This document shows, in pieces, positions 9,774 through 19,341 of a DNA stretch of 51,434 nt. Under the pieces are notes generated by a model, which had not been told where the DNA came from, made no database searches, and was given only the letters and a program-made list of their open reading frames with translations. Source of the stretch: Candidatus Methanospirareceae archaeon. GTDB lineage: Archaea > Halobacteriota > Syntropharchaeia > Alkanophagales > Methanospirareceae. The translations under genes were made by a program, and so were the position numbers. The stretch covers positions 17,133 to 68,566 of the forward strand of contig JBNGDK010000003.1 of assembly GCA_049975405.1 (NCBI GenBank), in the 5' to 3' direction. Numbering within the stretch: position 1 is the first letter of the stretch; each line of letters starts with the position of its first letter.

Positions 9774-10727
9774 ATGAAACGCGAATGCATCAGCCTAAAG
9801 GGGTGGATAGCACTTGGCGCATTGATTCTGGCGTTACTCATACCCTTCCTGGTAGGGATCAACACGTATATTCTGACGGTGTTGATTATCATGTTCGTCT
9901 TCATTATGTATGCCTCAGCATGGAATCTGCTCACCGTTTCCGGTCAGGGCTCTCTCGGACACGCTGCTTTTTTCGGTATCGGTGGATATGTCTCGGCGAT
10001 TGTGGCGAATAGCCTTGGTCTTCCACTGGGTGCGACTATACTGGTTGGCGGATTATTTGCTGCCGTGATCGGTCTGTTTATCGGGTTTACCTGTATACGG
10101 TTGCGGGAGTGGTTTCTGGCGATGGTAACCTTCGGGTTTGCGGTGATCGCACATACCATCACGGCAGAACTTTCATGGCTCACCGGCGGCTGGGACGGTA
10201 TCCCTGCGAAGAAACTGATTTCCGTTACCATACCCAATTACCTCCTTTACGAGTACTATTTGATGCTATTGCTCACCGTGGCGGTGCTCGGTATCTTTTA
10301 CCTGATCCTCAAATCGAAGATGGGGCTTGCGCTGGAGGCGATACGCGAGAATGAGCTTGAAGCGAAGGTAATGGGTATCGATGTGGCGAAGTACAAGCTG
10401 ACTGCGTTTGCTATAAGCGCGTACTTTACCGGAGTCGCCGGTGCGTTGCAGATCCATCACTTCGGGTATATCACACCGGAGATCTACGGCGTAAACATCT
10501 CATTCTGGCCGATCATTTATTGTATTAGTGGCGGCTTGTTCACGATCGAGGGGCCGATCCTGGGCACGATATTCATTACGTTCCTGGACGCGAGCCTGAA
10601 GAGCTTTGGGTTCACGTACGAGCGCTTGATCCTGATCGGGCTGATCCTCATCCTGGAAGTGATATTCCTGCCACGGGGTCTCGTCTCGCTGCCGGCGAAG
10701 ATCAAATCCCGGCTGAAGTCCCGTTGA
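9774..10727 (+). CDS. livM: Branched-chain amino acid-type ABC permease
   Basis: GQGSLGHAAFFGIGGY, AIRENELEA..MGID, GPILG, FLPRGL. Confidence 0.9.
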   Translation: MKRECISLKGWIALGALILALLIPFLVGINTYILTVLIIMFVFIMYASAWNLLTVSGQGSLGHAAFFGIGGYVSAIVANSLGLPLGATILVGGLFAAVIGLFIGFTCIRLREWFLAMVTFGFAVIAHTITAELSWLTGGWDGIPAKKLISVTIPNYLLYEYYLMLLLTVAVLGIFYLILKSKMGLALEAIRENELEAKVMGIDVAKYKLTAFAISAYFTGVAGALQIHHFGYITPEIYGVNISFWPIIYCISGGLFTIEGPILGTIFITFLDASLKSFGFTYERLILIGLILILEVIFLPRGLVSLPAKIKSRLKSR

Positions 10728-10740
10728 GTTGAGCACCAGC

Positions 10741-11445
10741 TCACATGCCCAGATAGGCCTCTCGCACGTAATGGTTGTTGAGCAGATCTGAGCCCTTACC
10801 CTCGAGGATGATCTGCCCCTTTTCCAGGATATACGCACGGTCTGAGATCTCGAGCGCGTGATGGACGTTCTGCTCAACGAGCAGTACCGTGACGTGTTCC
10901 TCTTTCAATTTCTGAATAATATCGAAGACCTGTAAGACGATCACCGGCGCGAGCCCAAGCGAGGGCTCGTCGAGTATCAGCAGCTTTGGCTTTGACATTA
11001 ATGCGCGTGCGATCGCGAGCATCTGCTGCTCACCACCACTCATGGTGCCGGCGAGCTGCTTTTTACGTTCCGCAAGCTTTGGGAAGAGCGAGAAGACCCA
11101 GTCCAGGGTGTCGTTCTGCGCATCACGCGCGCGTGGCACGTAAGCGCCGAGTGCGAGGTTCTCGAGAACGCTCATCTTCGGGAAGATCTCGCGCCCTTCG
11201 GGGACGAGCGCGATTCCTTCACCCACGATCTTATACGCAGGGATACCATCGATACGCGTATCGAACAGTTTGATGCTCCCCGATTGTGGTTTAAGTACGC
11301 CCTGAATCGTCTTTACAGTGGTCGACTTACCCGCACCGTTTGAGCCGAGCAGCGTCACCACTTCGTTCTCGTTCACACGGAAGGAGACGTCCCAGAGCAC
11401 CTGCACCTTATCGTACAGGACATTCAGTTTTTCTATGCTGAGCAT
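10741..11445 (-). CDS. livF: Liv-type ABC ATP-binding protein
   Basis: GSNGAGKS, VPEGREIF, MSGGEQQMLAIARALM, LDEPSLGLAP, VEQN. Confidence 0.93.
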   Translation of the reverse strand: MLSIEKLNVLYDKVQVLWDVSFRVNENEVVTLLGSNGAGKSTTVKTIQGVLKPQSGSIKLFDTRIDGIPAYKIVGEGIALVPEGREIFPKMSVLENLALGAYVPRARDAQNDTLDWVFSLFPKLAERKKQLAGTMSGGEQQMLAIARALMSKPKLLILDEPSLGLAPVIVLQVFDIIQKLKEEHVTVLLVEQNVHHALEISDRAYILEKGQIILEGKGSDLLNNHYVREAYLGM

Positions 11446-11496
11446 GGCCTCGTTTCGTATTCGTATTGCGTGGGGTTTGTTCTAGCGTTATGCGCA

Positions 11497-12225
11497 TCAC
11501 ATATAGGTCTTCTCGCCGAGATACGAGCTAATGACCTTCTCATCGTTCGCGATCTCCGCAGGCGTGCCCTCGGCGATCTTTTCGCCGTGATGCAAGACGA
11601 CGATCCGATCGGAGACGTTCATAATCACCCGCATCACGTGCTCTACCATGAGGATCGTGATCCCGGACTCGCGTATCTTCTGGATCAGAGAGATGGCGTC
11701 GTTGCTTTCGCTCGGATTCAGCCCCGTGGTCACCTCATCGAGCAGGAGCAGCTTGGGCTCAGTTGCCAGTGCGCGTGCGAGTTGGATACGCTTCAGCTCC
11801 ACCACATTCAGGTTCTTGACCGGATAATGGATCTTCTCTTCCGGATAGCCCGCGAATTCGAGCTTCGCTGCCGCCTTCGCGCGCGCCTCGGACATGCTGA
11901 GCTTGGTGGCATTACCGAACAGCGCGCCGACGGTCACGTTCTGCAATGCGGTCAACTCGGGGAAGGAACGGACGAGCTGAAAGGTCTTCGCAATCCCCAG
12001 CTTGCAGACGGTATCGGGACTCAGGTTCGTGATGTCCTGACCGTCGAAGACGACCGAGCCCGCGCTGGGCGGGTAGACACCGCTGACGATATTGAGGAGT
12101 GTGGATTTGCCCGCGCCATTCGGTCCGACGAGCCCAACGATCTCATTCCGCTCGATCAGAAAGCTGACGTCCTTTATTGCGGTAATCCCGGCAAAACGCT
12201 TGCTTACCTTTTGTATGGAGAGCAT
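11497..12225 (-). CDS. livG: Liv-type ABC ATP-binding protein
   Basis: GPNGAGKST, GIAKTFQ, LLLDEV..GLN, VEH, IAEGTP, YLG. Confidence 0.92.
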   Translation of the reverse strand: MLSIQKVSKRFAGITAIKDVSFLIERNEIVGLVGPNGAGKSTLLNIVSGVYPPSAGSVVFDGQDITNLSPDTVCKLGIAKTFQLVRSFPELTALQNVTVGALFGNATKLSMSEARAKAAAKLEFAGYPEEKIHYPVKNLNVVELKRIQLARALATEPKLLLLDEVTTGLNPSESNDAISLIQKIRESGITILMVEHVMRVIMNVSDRIVVLHHGEKIAEGTPAEIANDEKVISSYLGEKTYM

Positions 12226-12431
12226 GAGTCCTGAGCCATGTGGCTGTGTGAGTAATAGGTGGGTTCGTTGGTATATTAAGCTATAAGCTATGAGCGGGCG
12301 TACTGAATCGCCAGTTCCGTCCCGTTTCAGCGTTTCGATTCAGCCCGCGCTCCTCCCTTTAAACCACCGCTGGAGAAACCACCTGGTTTTTTATAGGATA
12401 AGGTCATTGGTTGCTTTGGTGATTAATACTC

Positions 12432-13736
12432 ATGTTCAGGTACTGGAATCCGCACATCGAGCGAATGCCCGTTGACGATTTGCATAAGTTGCAGGAGGAT
12501 CGGCTTCGATCTTTGGTACGCTTTGTCTATGCCCATTCATCCTTCTACAGGGATCGGTTCAAGGAGGCGGGTGTGGAGCCAGACGACATCAAGCAGCTGA
12601 GTGATGTGACGAAACTCCCGTTCACGCAGAAGATAGATCTCCGGAATACCTATCCTACCGGCATGTTCTGCCTGCCCGGTGACTGGGTGGTGCGGTATCA
12701 TGTCTCCAGTGGCACGACCGGAAAGCCTACGGTGGTCGGATACACGCAGGGCGACATAGATATGTGGACTGAGTCTCTGGCACGCGCACTCACCTCGATC
12801 GGCCTGGGTCGTGGCGACGTGATTCAGGTGGGGTATGGTTATGGGCTCTTTACCGGAGGGCTCGGGCTGCATTACGGTGCGGAGAAGATCGGTGCAACCG
12901 TACTCCCGATCGGTGCCGGGAATACTGAGCGTCAGATCGAGCTCATGCAGGATCTCGGCAGCACTGCTATCGCCTGCACACCCTCGTATTTCCTGTATAT
13001 CAATGAGGTGGCCCAGAATATGGGTATCAGTATCAGGGACGATACGAAGCTCAAAGTGGGCGTCTTCGGGGCAGAACCATGGTCGGATGAGACGCGGACG
13101 CGAATTGAGGAGGCTACGGGTATCAAAGCTTATGACATTTATGGCACGAGCGAGATGAGCGGACCGCTCTTCACCGAGTGCCATCTGCAGAACGGCATTC
13201 ACGTCTGGGCTGATCTCTTCTTGATCGAGGCGGTGGATCCTGATACGGGCGAGCAGGTGGAGGATGGCGAGCGCGGCGAACTCGTGGTGACTTCACTGGA
13301 TAAATGGGCATTCCCGCTCATCAGGTTCAGGCTCGGCGATCTGACGATCATTGATAACGCGCCCTGTGAGTGCGGACGCACGCATCCGCGAATCATGCGG
13401 ATTCTCGGTCGTACGGACGATATGATCGTGGTGCGGGGGATAAATGTCTTCCCGAGCCAGGTCGAATCGGTACTCATGCGGATTCCTGAGGTGGGTGACC
13501 ACTACCAGATTATTGTGGATCGCCGAGGGCCGCTGGACGTCATGATGGTTGAGGTCGAGGTAACCGAGCAGGTGTTCAGCGATAAGATCGCGGATCTGAT
13601 GACCCTGAGCAAACGGGTCTCGAAGGAGCTCAGGAACGTGTTGAATATCACGGCGGAAGTGAATCTGGTGGAGCCCGGGTCGATCCCGCGATCGATGGGT
13701 AAGGCGAAACGGGTAATAGACAAGAGGCAGGTGTGA
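12432..13736 (+). CDS. paaK: Phenylacetate-CoA ligase family protein (copy 2)
   Basis: HVSSGTTGKP, YGLFTGGLG, YGTSE, GRTDDMIVVRGINVFPSQ, MGKAKRVID. Confidence 0.93.
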   Translation: MFRYWNPHIERMPVDDLHKLQEDRLRSLVRFVYAHSSFYRDRFKEAGVEPDDIKQLSDVTKLPFTQKIDLRNTYPTGMFCLPGDWVVRYHVSSGTTGKPTVVGYTQGDIDMWTESLARALTSIGLGRGDVIQVGYGYGLFTGGLGLHYGAEKIGATVLPIGAGNTERQIELMQDLGSTAIACTPSYFLYINEVAQNMGISIRDDTKLKVGVFGAEPWSDETRTRIEEATGIKAYDIYGTSEMSGPLFTECHLQNGIHVWADLFLIEAVDPDTGEQVEDGERGELVVTSLDKWAFPLIRFRLGDLTIIDNAPCECGRTHPRIMRILGRTDDMIVVRGINVFPSQVESVLMRIPEVGDHYQIIVDRRGPLDVMMVEVEVTEQVFSDKIADLMTLSKRVSKELRNVLNITAEVNLVEPGSIPRSMGKAKRVIDKRQV

Positions 13737-13744
13737 AAAGAGGA

Positions 13745-14179
13745 ATGGTAGCGATAAAGCAGATCTCGATTTTTATGGAGAATAAGCCAGGCAGTTTAGC
13801 CCGTGTAGCAAAGACGCTCTCGGGCGGCGGGGTGAACATCCGTGCATTGACCGTAGCGGAAGCGGGCGACTTCGGCGTTATCCGGATGGTGGTGGACGAT
13901 ACGGCGCGAGGCTACCAGGTGCTCAGGGACGGCGGGTTCACGGTCTCGGAGACGGACGTGCTCGCGGTGGAGCTGAAGGACGTTCCCGGCGGCTTGTATG
14001 AGATTGCGAAGACGCTCGGCGAGAACAATATCAATATGGACTATGCCTACGCGTTCGTAACGGCGAAGGCTGAGCGCGCGATGCTGATCGTGCGTGTGGA
14101 CGATCTGAAGGGCGCGGTAGAGGTGCTCCAAAAGGCCGGGATCGTGATTGCAACGCGTCGAGAGGTACAGAATATATAA
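13745..14179 (+). CDS. Tandem ACT-domain protein (PaaK-associated)
   Basis: KQISIFMENKPGSLARV...VNIRAL...DFGVIRMVV...DVPGGL...YAYAF. Confidence 0.92.
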   Translation: MVAIKQISIFMENKPGSLARVAKTLSGGGVNIRALTVAEAGDFGVIRMVVDDTARGYQVLRDGGFTVSETDVLAVELKDVPGGLYEIAKTLGENNINMDYAYAFVTAKAERAMLIVRVDDLKGAVEVLQKAGIVIATRREVQNI

Positions 14180-14456
14180 TTATCATTCGTGCTTCATTCG
14201 CCCGGTATACTCGTCCCTGTTCACCGGAACGGAGATGGTAGTAATTCAGGGCAGTGCGTGAGATCACAGCACGTGATTTTAGCAAGGCAAGCAGCTGTTC
14301 ACCGCAGCAGTTTTCAGGATCAAAGCACGCACGGTGAACGTATTTACGTACTTTTGTATTCACTGAACGACCCCCAACGAACTACCTGAGGCCGCTTGCC
14401 ATTGAGCCGCTTCCTCTCGCTCGTTAGTTAGTACGGCGAAAAAAGGCCGCTATCAC

Positions 14457-15008
14457 TCATTCGTCTGCTGTATCCTCTGCAGTTGGCGCTAGATGCTCTT
14501 CGGCAAGCGTGAACCGCCATTGGCAGAAGATACCATCGGGATGAGGATCGGTCGGCGCGAAGATACAGCCAACCTTGATCCGGGGATCGATCACGTGCGC
14601 GAACCGCTTGAATTCCGCGTAGTGCATGCACTTGCAAAAGTACTCGCCCAGACCGCGTTTGAGCCGTGCCTCCTGTGGCGGACAGTGGGGAACGGAGAGA
14701 ATCACCTCGTCGTCCTTCTCCTCGATCTCATAGTTGATAATCAACGCCCAGGGGAAGAGCTTCAAGGCCGTGACGAAGCCTTTTAAGCCTTTCTCTGTGA
14801 TACCGAATCGAGCCACCATGTCACGAGCCGCGAGTTCCGCCGTCTTCCCCCAGACCTGCTCGTTGACCTTTTCAGCGGCATCGACCCCGAATCGCTCTTC
14901 GACATAGATAAACCAGAATGCATCAACGAGACGGTATTGCCAGAGCAAGAAGTCAATATAGTCACGGAGCTGCGGGGCGTCCATCTTCTCGATAAGTTCC
15001 GAGGTCAT
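14457..15008 (-). CDS. DUF6125-like protein
   Basis: VDAFWF..VEERFG..AA...NEQVW and C-terminal CPPQEAR..RGLGEYFCK...C...P.DPH...FCQWRF (V4R-like, Cys-containing). Confidence 0.75.
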   Translation of the reverse strand: MTSELIEKMDAPQLRDYIDFLLWQYRLVDAFWFIYVEERFGVDAAEKVNEQVWGKTAELAARDMVARFGITEKGLKGFVTALKLFPWALIINYEIEEKDDEVILSVPHCPPQEARLKRGLGEYFCKCMHYAEFKRFAHVIDPRIKVGCIFAPTDPHPDGIFCQWRFTLAEEHLAPTAEDTADE

Positions 15009-15059
15009 AGACTAAAAAAACGCCCTTTCGGTATTAAAATCATACAGTACTTCGTTCAC

Positions 15060-15641
15060 TCAGGCGCGTTTGCCGAGTTCGAATGCACGTTTGTTCATCG
15101 CCAGATACTTTGGCTTGATCGATTCTGCGAGTGTCTCAATGAGCAGCTCTTCATTCAGGGGGAGATAGGGCGCGAGCAGTCCGAGCATCACGACGTTCAT
15201 CGCCTGCGGTGTACCCGCTTCGATCGCCAGTTCAGTCGCGTTAACCATCTTTACCGTTTTGCTAACGCGCTGAAGCTGTGCACGCATAGCATCCAGCGGT
15301 GGGTAGGTGGCTCTTCCGGTCGTCACCGTGACCGGCAGTATCGGTTCGGTGTTTACCAGTACGACCCCGTCCTCAACGAGGTAGTGAGCATACCGCAGTG
15401 CCTCCGCGGGCTCAAGCGCAACCAGAATATCCGCACCACCAGGCGGCACCATGGGCCCGTACTCGCAGCCAATTCGGATATGACTGATGACGCTCCCACC
15501 GCGCTGCGCCATTCCGTGGGTCTCCGCGCCACGCACAGCATAGCCAGCCTTCAGTGCGGATTTCCCGATCACATGGGAGAGGAGAATGACGCCCTGCCCG
15601 CCAACACCGACGACAATAAGGTCACACACTGAGGTCTTCAT
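15060..15641 (-). CDS. iorB: Indolepyruvate:ferredoxin oxidoreductase beta subunit
   Basis: GVGGQGVIL, ETHGMAQRGGSV.SHIRIG, ALEPAEALR, NVVMLG, NKRAFELG. Confidence 0.95.
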   Translation of the reverse strand: MKTSVCDLIVVGVGGQGVILLSHVIGKSALKAGYAVRGAETHGMAQRGGSVISHIRIGCEYGPMVPPGGADILVALEPAEALRYAHYLVEDGVVLVNTEPILPVTVTTGRATYPPLDAMRAQLQRVSKTVKMVNATELAIEAGTPQAMNVVMLGLLAPYLPLNEELLIETLAESIKPKYLAMNKRAFELGKRA

Positions 15642-15647
15642 TTGTTC

Positions 15648-17444
15648 TCAGGTGGTCACCTCCTCAATCGCATCGCTGGTGCAAATCTGCGCGCAGACGC
15701 CGCAGCCGGAGCAGAGCGCATTGATGCGTGCGTCCTCACCATCGAACTCAATAGCTGGACAGCCGAACTCCACGCACTTCTTGCAGCCCGTGCATAACGC
15801 CGCATTCACGTGGAACGGTCTTCGACGCACGCCTGCTCGTCGCGCATTGGTGACGCAGGCCTGCTTCGCAATGATAACTGCGAGTCCCTCGAAGTCGCGT
15901 GCTCGGGAAAAGGTCTCGATCGTCGCGTCCAGCTCGAGCGGATTGACGGTCTCGATGAGGTCTGCACCCAACGCCTTCGCGATCGTCTCCAGTGATGCTG
16001 TCTTCGTCTCCTCGCCGGTGGCCGTGGTACCCGTCCCCGGATGTGGTTGATGGCCGGTCATCGCGGTGGTGAAATTATCCAGAATGGCAACGGTGATGCG
16101 TGCTTTATTGTAAGCAGCATTAAGCAAACCAGGTAGCCCGCCATGGAGGAAGGTCGAGTCGCCGATGCTGCAACAGATCGGCCGATGCTCGCCTCCGAAC
16201 CTGATCCCGGTAGCCTGCGTGATGCTTGCGCCCATACACAAACAGGTATCAACGGTACCCATACCGACCGCGAGCGTATAACAGCCAATATCGCTGGGGA
16301 AGATTGCATCTTTCCCAAAGGCCTTTCGCATGGCATAATAGGTCGCGCGGTGACTGCAACCGGGGCAGAGCGCGGGTGGTCGTGGTGGTAAGATCTCCGT
16401 TGCCGTTTTGAGCATTTGGATATCCGTAGAAGAGCGGTTTAAAACGCGTGCAATTGCGTTGCGCACGAGGAGCAAATCAAACTCACCCTCACGCGGAAGC
16501 AGTCCGCTCGTCTTACCGAGTATCTTTACCGCCGGGTTGCTTGCTAGCGCCAAGCGCTCCACATACTCTTCCAGTACCGGCTCGAGCTCCTCAATCACCA
16601 GTACCGTCTTCACGGTCTTCAGCATCGCGGTGATGAGCGCCACGGGAGGCGGGAAGGTACCCACCCGAAGGATCGAGATGGTAGTATCCAGTTGCTTGAG
16701 CGCCTCTTCCACGTAAAGGCCTGAAATGCCCGAGGTGATGATTCCAAATTCGCTCTGATGGAGCGTCAGCCGGTTCCAGGGCGTATCGTTTAAAGCTTCC
16801 GCCACTGCAGCCTGCTTCTTCAACAGCTCGGCATGCCGTGGTCGTGCATGCACAGGCAACATCACCCACTGCGCGGGATTCTTCTCGAATTCCTGCTGCT
16901 CGACTCGCTCCTCTATCGGCCCGAGCGAGACATCCGCCCGCGCGTGCGAGACACGCGTCGTGGGTCGCACAATGACCGGCAGCTCGAGCTTTTCCGAGAG
17001 CTCGAATGCGAACTGGACCATGTCTTTTGCCTCCTGAGGATCTGCCGGATCCAGGCAGGGCACGCCGGCAAATTGCGCGTAGCGGCGCGTGTCCTGCTCG
17101 TTCTGTGAGGAATGACAATAAGGATCGTCCGCGACGATAAGCACCAGACCGGCTTTCACACCCGTGTATGCCAGGGTCATGAACGGATCGGCTGCGACGT
17201 TCAGGCCGACGTGCTTCATTACCGCCGCTGCTCGCGTGCCTGTCCATGCTGCGCCGCTCGCAACCTCAACGGCGACCTTCTCATTCACCGACCACTCCAC
17301 ATGCACGCTATACTGCTTTGCGAACTGCGCCGCGGTCTCAACGATTTCGGAAGAAGGCGTGCCGGGATAGCCCGTAATGACACCCGCGCCGGCCTCAAAG
17401 AGCGCGCGAGCGATGGCAACATTACCGAGAAGATATTCTTTCAT
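15648..17444 (-). CDS. iorA: Indolepyruvate:ferredoxin oxidoreductase alpha subunit
   Basis: GYPGTPSSEI, NEKVA, MKHVGLNVAAD, SSQNEQD, RPPALCPGCSHR, DIGCY, GDSTFLHGG; C-terminal 2x[4Fe-4S] motifs. Confidence 0.96.
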   Translation of the reverse strand: MKEYLLGNVAIARALFEAGAGVITGYPGTPSSEIVETAAQFAKQYSVHVEWSVNEKVAVEVASGAAWTGTRAAAVMKHVGLNVAADPFMTLAYTGVKAGLVLIVADDPYCHSSQNEQDTRRYAQFAGVPCLDPADPQEAKDMVQFAFELSEKLELPVIVRPTTRVSHARADVSLGPIEERVEQQEFEKNPAQWVMLPVHARPRHAELLKKQAAVAEALNDTPWNRLTLHQSEFGIITSGISGLYVEEALKQLDTTISILRVGTFPPPVALITAMLKTVKTVLVIEELEPVLEEYVERLALASNPAVKILGKTSGLLPREGEFDLLLVRNAIARVLNRSSTDIQMLKTATEILPPRPPALCPGCSHRATYYAMRKAFGKDAIFPSDIGCYTLAVGMGTVDTCLCMGASITQATGIRFGGEHRPICCSIGDSTFLHGGLPGLLNAAYNKARITVAILDNFTTAMTGHQPHPGTGTTATGEETKTASLETIAKALGADLIETVNPLELDATIETFSRARDFEGLAVIIAKQACVTNARRAGVRRRPFHVNAALCTGCKKCVEFGCPAIEFDGEDARINALCSGCGVCAQICTSDAIEEVTT

Positions 17445-17692
17445 ACCCGTACCTTTCGGTGATTTAGGTTAGGTACCTATAAAACCCAGCTATACTGCGC
17501 TCTCCTGGAAGATCGCCGGCATCACCAGTACGGCATTGCATACCACGCCGCGGAGGTCGTGCTACTCGCGGTAACGTGAACTCACGGTCGGGTACTGCCC
17601 GCTGTGCTGGTACAGGTAAATAGCGCGTTCACCAGGCAGGCAGGTAACAGTAACCTTTATATATGAAGTCCTTCCATAGGATCAGGTACCGT

Positions 17693-18904
17693 ATGTTTAA
17701 CCTGGTCGCGGAGCGGATGCGCGCGGATGCGGAAGAAGGCGGTGCCATCTTCAGAGCTAAGGAGGTACTTCGACCACCCTACATACCTGAACGGATCCCG
17801 CATCGTGAGGAGCATATAGAGCGGTTGACCAGCGTACTCGCGGATGCGATCCGCGCGGGCTCGCCGGTTAATATCGTGCTCTTCGGTCCTCTGGGAACCG
17901 GGAAGACTGTTACGGTGAAACACGTGAGCCGTGCGTTGGAAAGACGTGCGAACACGGTCTATATCAATAGCGAGATATTTGATACACCCTATCGAGTAGT
18001 CGCGTATCTCGCGCGTAAGTTCAACAAACGCGTGCCGATGATCGGCTGGCCCGCAGAGCTGCTCTATGCAGAGTTGAAGAGTGCGATTGATGCTGAAAAG
18101 CAGCACGTGATCGTGATCGTGGATGAGTTTGAGATGCTGGTGCGTAATGGCGATGAGACGTTCGCGTACCTCATGCGGCTCAATAGCGAGCTGAAGCACG
18201 CGCAGGTGAGTTTCGTCTGTCTCGCCGACGAGCTGAGCTTCTCAAAGTTCCAGAACTCTAAGGCGCGATCAGCAGCGAGCTGGAAGGGGCTGCGATTCCT
18301 ACCCTATACGACCGAAGAGCTCAAGGATATTTTATATGACCGTGCGCAGCGGGCATTTGTTGCTGATGCACTTGAAGAGTCCGTGATTCCGCTCTGCGCG
18401 GCGCTTGCCAATTCCGGGCTGGGTGATGCGGGCTATGCACTCGAGCTCTTGCTGGTCTCGGGCGAGATCGCGGAGCAGTCAGGGGTCAAGCCGGTGTGTG
18501 CGGATCACGTCCGTTATGCGAGCGAGCATATCACGCAGATCAGGGAGGCAGAGCGGATCACGATGTTACCGGTACAGCAGAAGCTCGTGCTCTCGGCCGT
18601 GCTTTTCCTGGTGCGGGAGCGGCGGCGTGGCAGGTTCTCGAGCGGCGAGGTTTATACACGGTATTGCGAGTTATGCGCGCAGATGGACCTGAATGCCCTA
18701 ACGCAGCGCCGGTTCAGCGATTTCATCGCCGAGCTGGCAGAGCTTGAATTGCTCACTGCGGAGGTGGTAAGCCGGGGCAGATACGGACGATCAAAGGTGA
18801 TCTCGCTGCGTATACCCGCGGAGTTCCTGCAGCCCGTGCTCTTTGGCGACGCGCAGCTTAAAGCGCTCTCCTCAGTGGTGGAGGGAACCTCGGTGGCCGT
18901 GTGA
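17693..18904 (+). CDS. cdc6: Orc1/Cdc6-family protein (divergent paralog)
   Basis: LRPPYIPERIPHRE, Walker A GPLGTGKT, Walker B VIVDE, C-terminal winged helix LTQRR.SD...EL...SRGRYGRS. Start is uncertain: ATG 17663 overlaps the TATA box. Confidence 0.88.
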   Translation: MFNLVAERMRADAEEGGAIFRAKEVLRPPYIPERIPHREEHIERLTSVLADAIRAGSPVNIVLFGPLGTGKTVTVKHVSRALERRANTVYINSEIFDTPYRVVAYLARKFNKRVPMIGWPAELLYAELKSAIDAEKQHVIVIVDEFEMLVRNGDETFAYLMRLNSELKHAQVSFVCLADELSFSKFQNSKARSAASWKGLRFLPYTTEELKDILYDRAQRAFVADALEESVIPLCAALANSGLGDAGYALELLLVSGEIAEQSGVKPVCADHVRYASEHITQIREAERITMLPVQQKLVLSAVLFLVRERRRGRFSSGEVYTRYCELCAQMDLNALTQRRFSDFIAELAELELLTAEVVSRGRYGRSKVISLRIPAEFLQPVLFGDAQLKALSSVVEGTSVAV

Positions 18905-18949
18905 GCTGTATATAGAGATAGAACAAGTAAAAGGAGCTGTTGCTAGAGG

Positions 18950-19321
18950 ATGCCTACCATTGTCCATTTTAATATCCCGGCAGATGATCTGGCGCGCGCC
19001 AGCAACTTTTATGAATCGCTGTTCGGCTGGAAGATCGAGCAGCCGCCAGGCCCGATTCCTTACTACCTGATCGAGACCACCGATCTGGAGGGCAACCCCG
19101 GCGTTGGCGGCGGCATGAGCCAGCGCCAGCAGTCCGACGAGCAGATCACGCACTTCATTGGGGTTGAGTCGATCGATGTTTATAGTAAGAAAGTCGAAGC
19201 GCTCGGCGGTTCCGTCATCGCGCCCAAAATGACCGTCCCGGGCTGGGGCTATCTCGCGGTCTGTCGCGACACCGAGCAGAACCTCTTCGGGCTCTGGGAA
19301 GAGGATGAGGAGGCACGCTAG
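18950..19321 (+). CDS. VOC/glyoxalase family protein
   Basis: IVHFNIPADDLARA..FY..LFGW...VEALGG.V..PK..VPG.G....RDTEQN.FGLWE. Confidence 0.9.
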   Translation: MPTIVHFNIPADDLARASNFYESLFGWKIEQPPGPIPYYLIETTDLEGNPGVGGGMSQRQQSDEQITHFIGVESIDVYSKKVEALGGSVIAPKMTVPGWGYLAVCRDTEQNLFGLWEEDEEAR

Positions 19322-19341
19322 GCTCGCTCGCGTCGGTGACA

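Noticed and set aside
17445-17692. Replication origin next to cdc6
   Set aside because: No repeated ORB-like TCCA..GGAAA/G-string elements and no extended AT-rich unwinding region.
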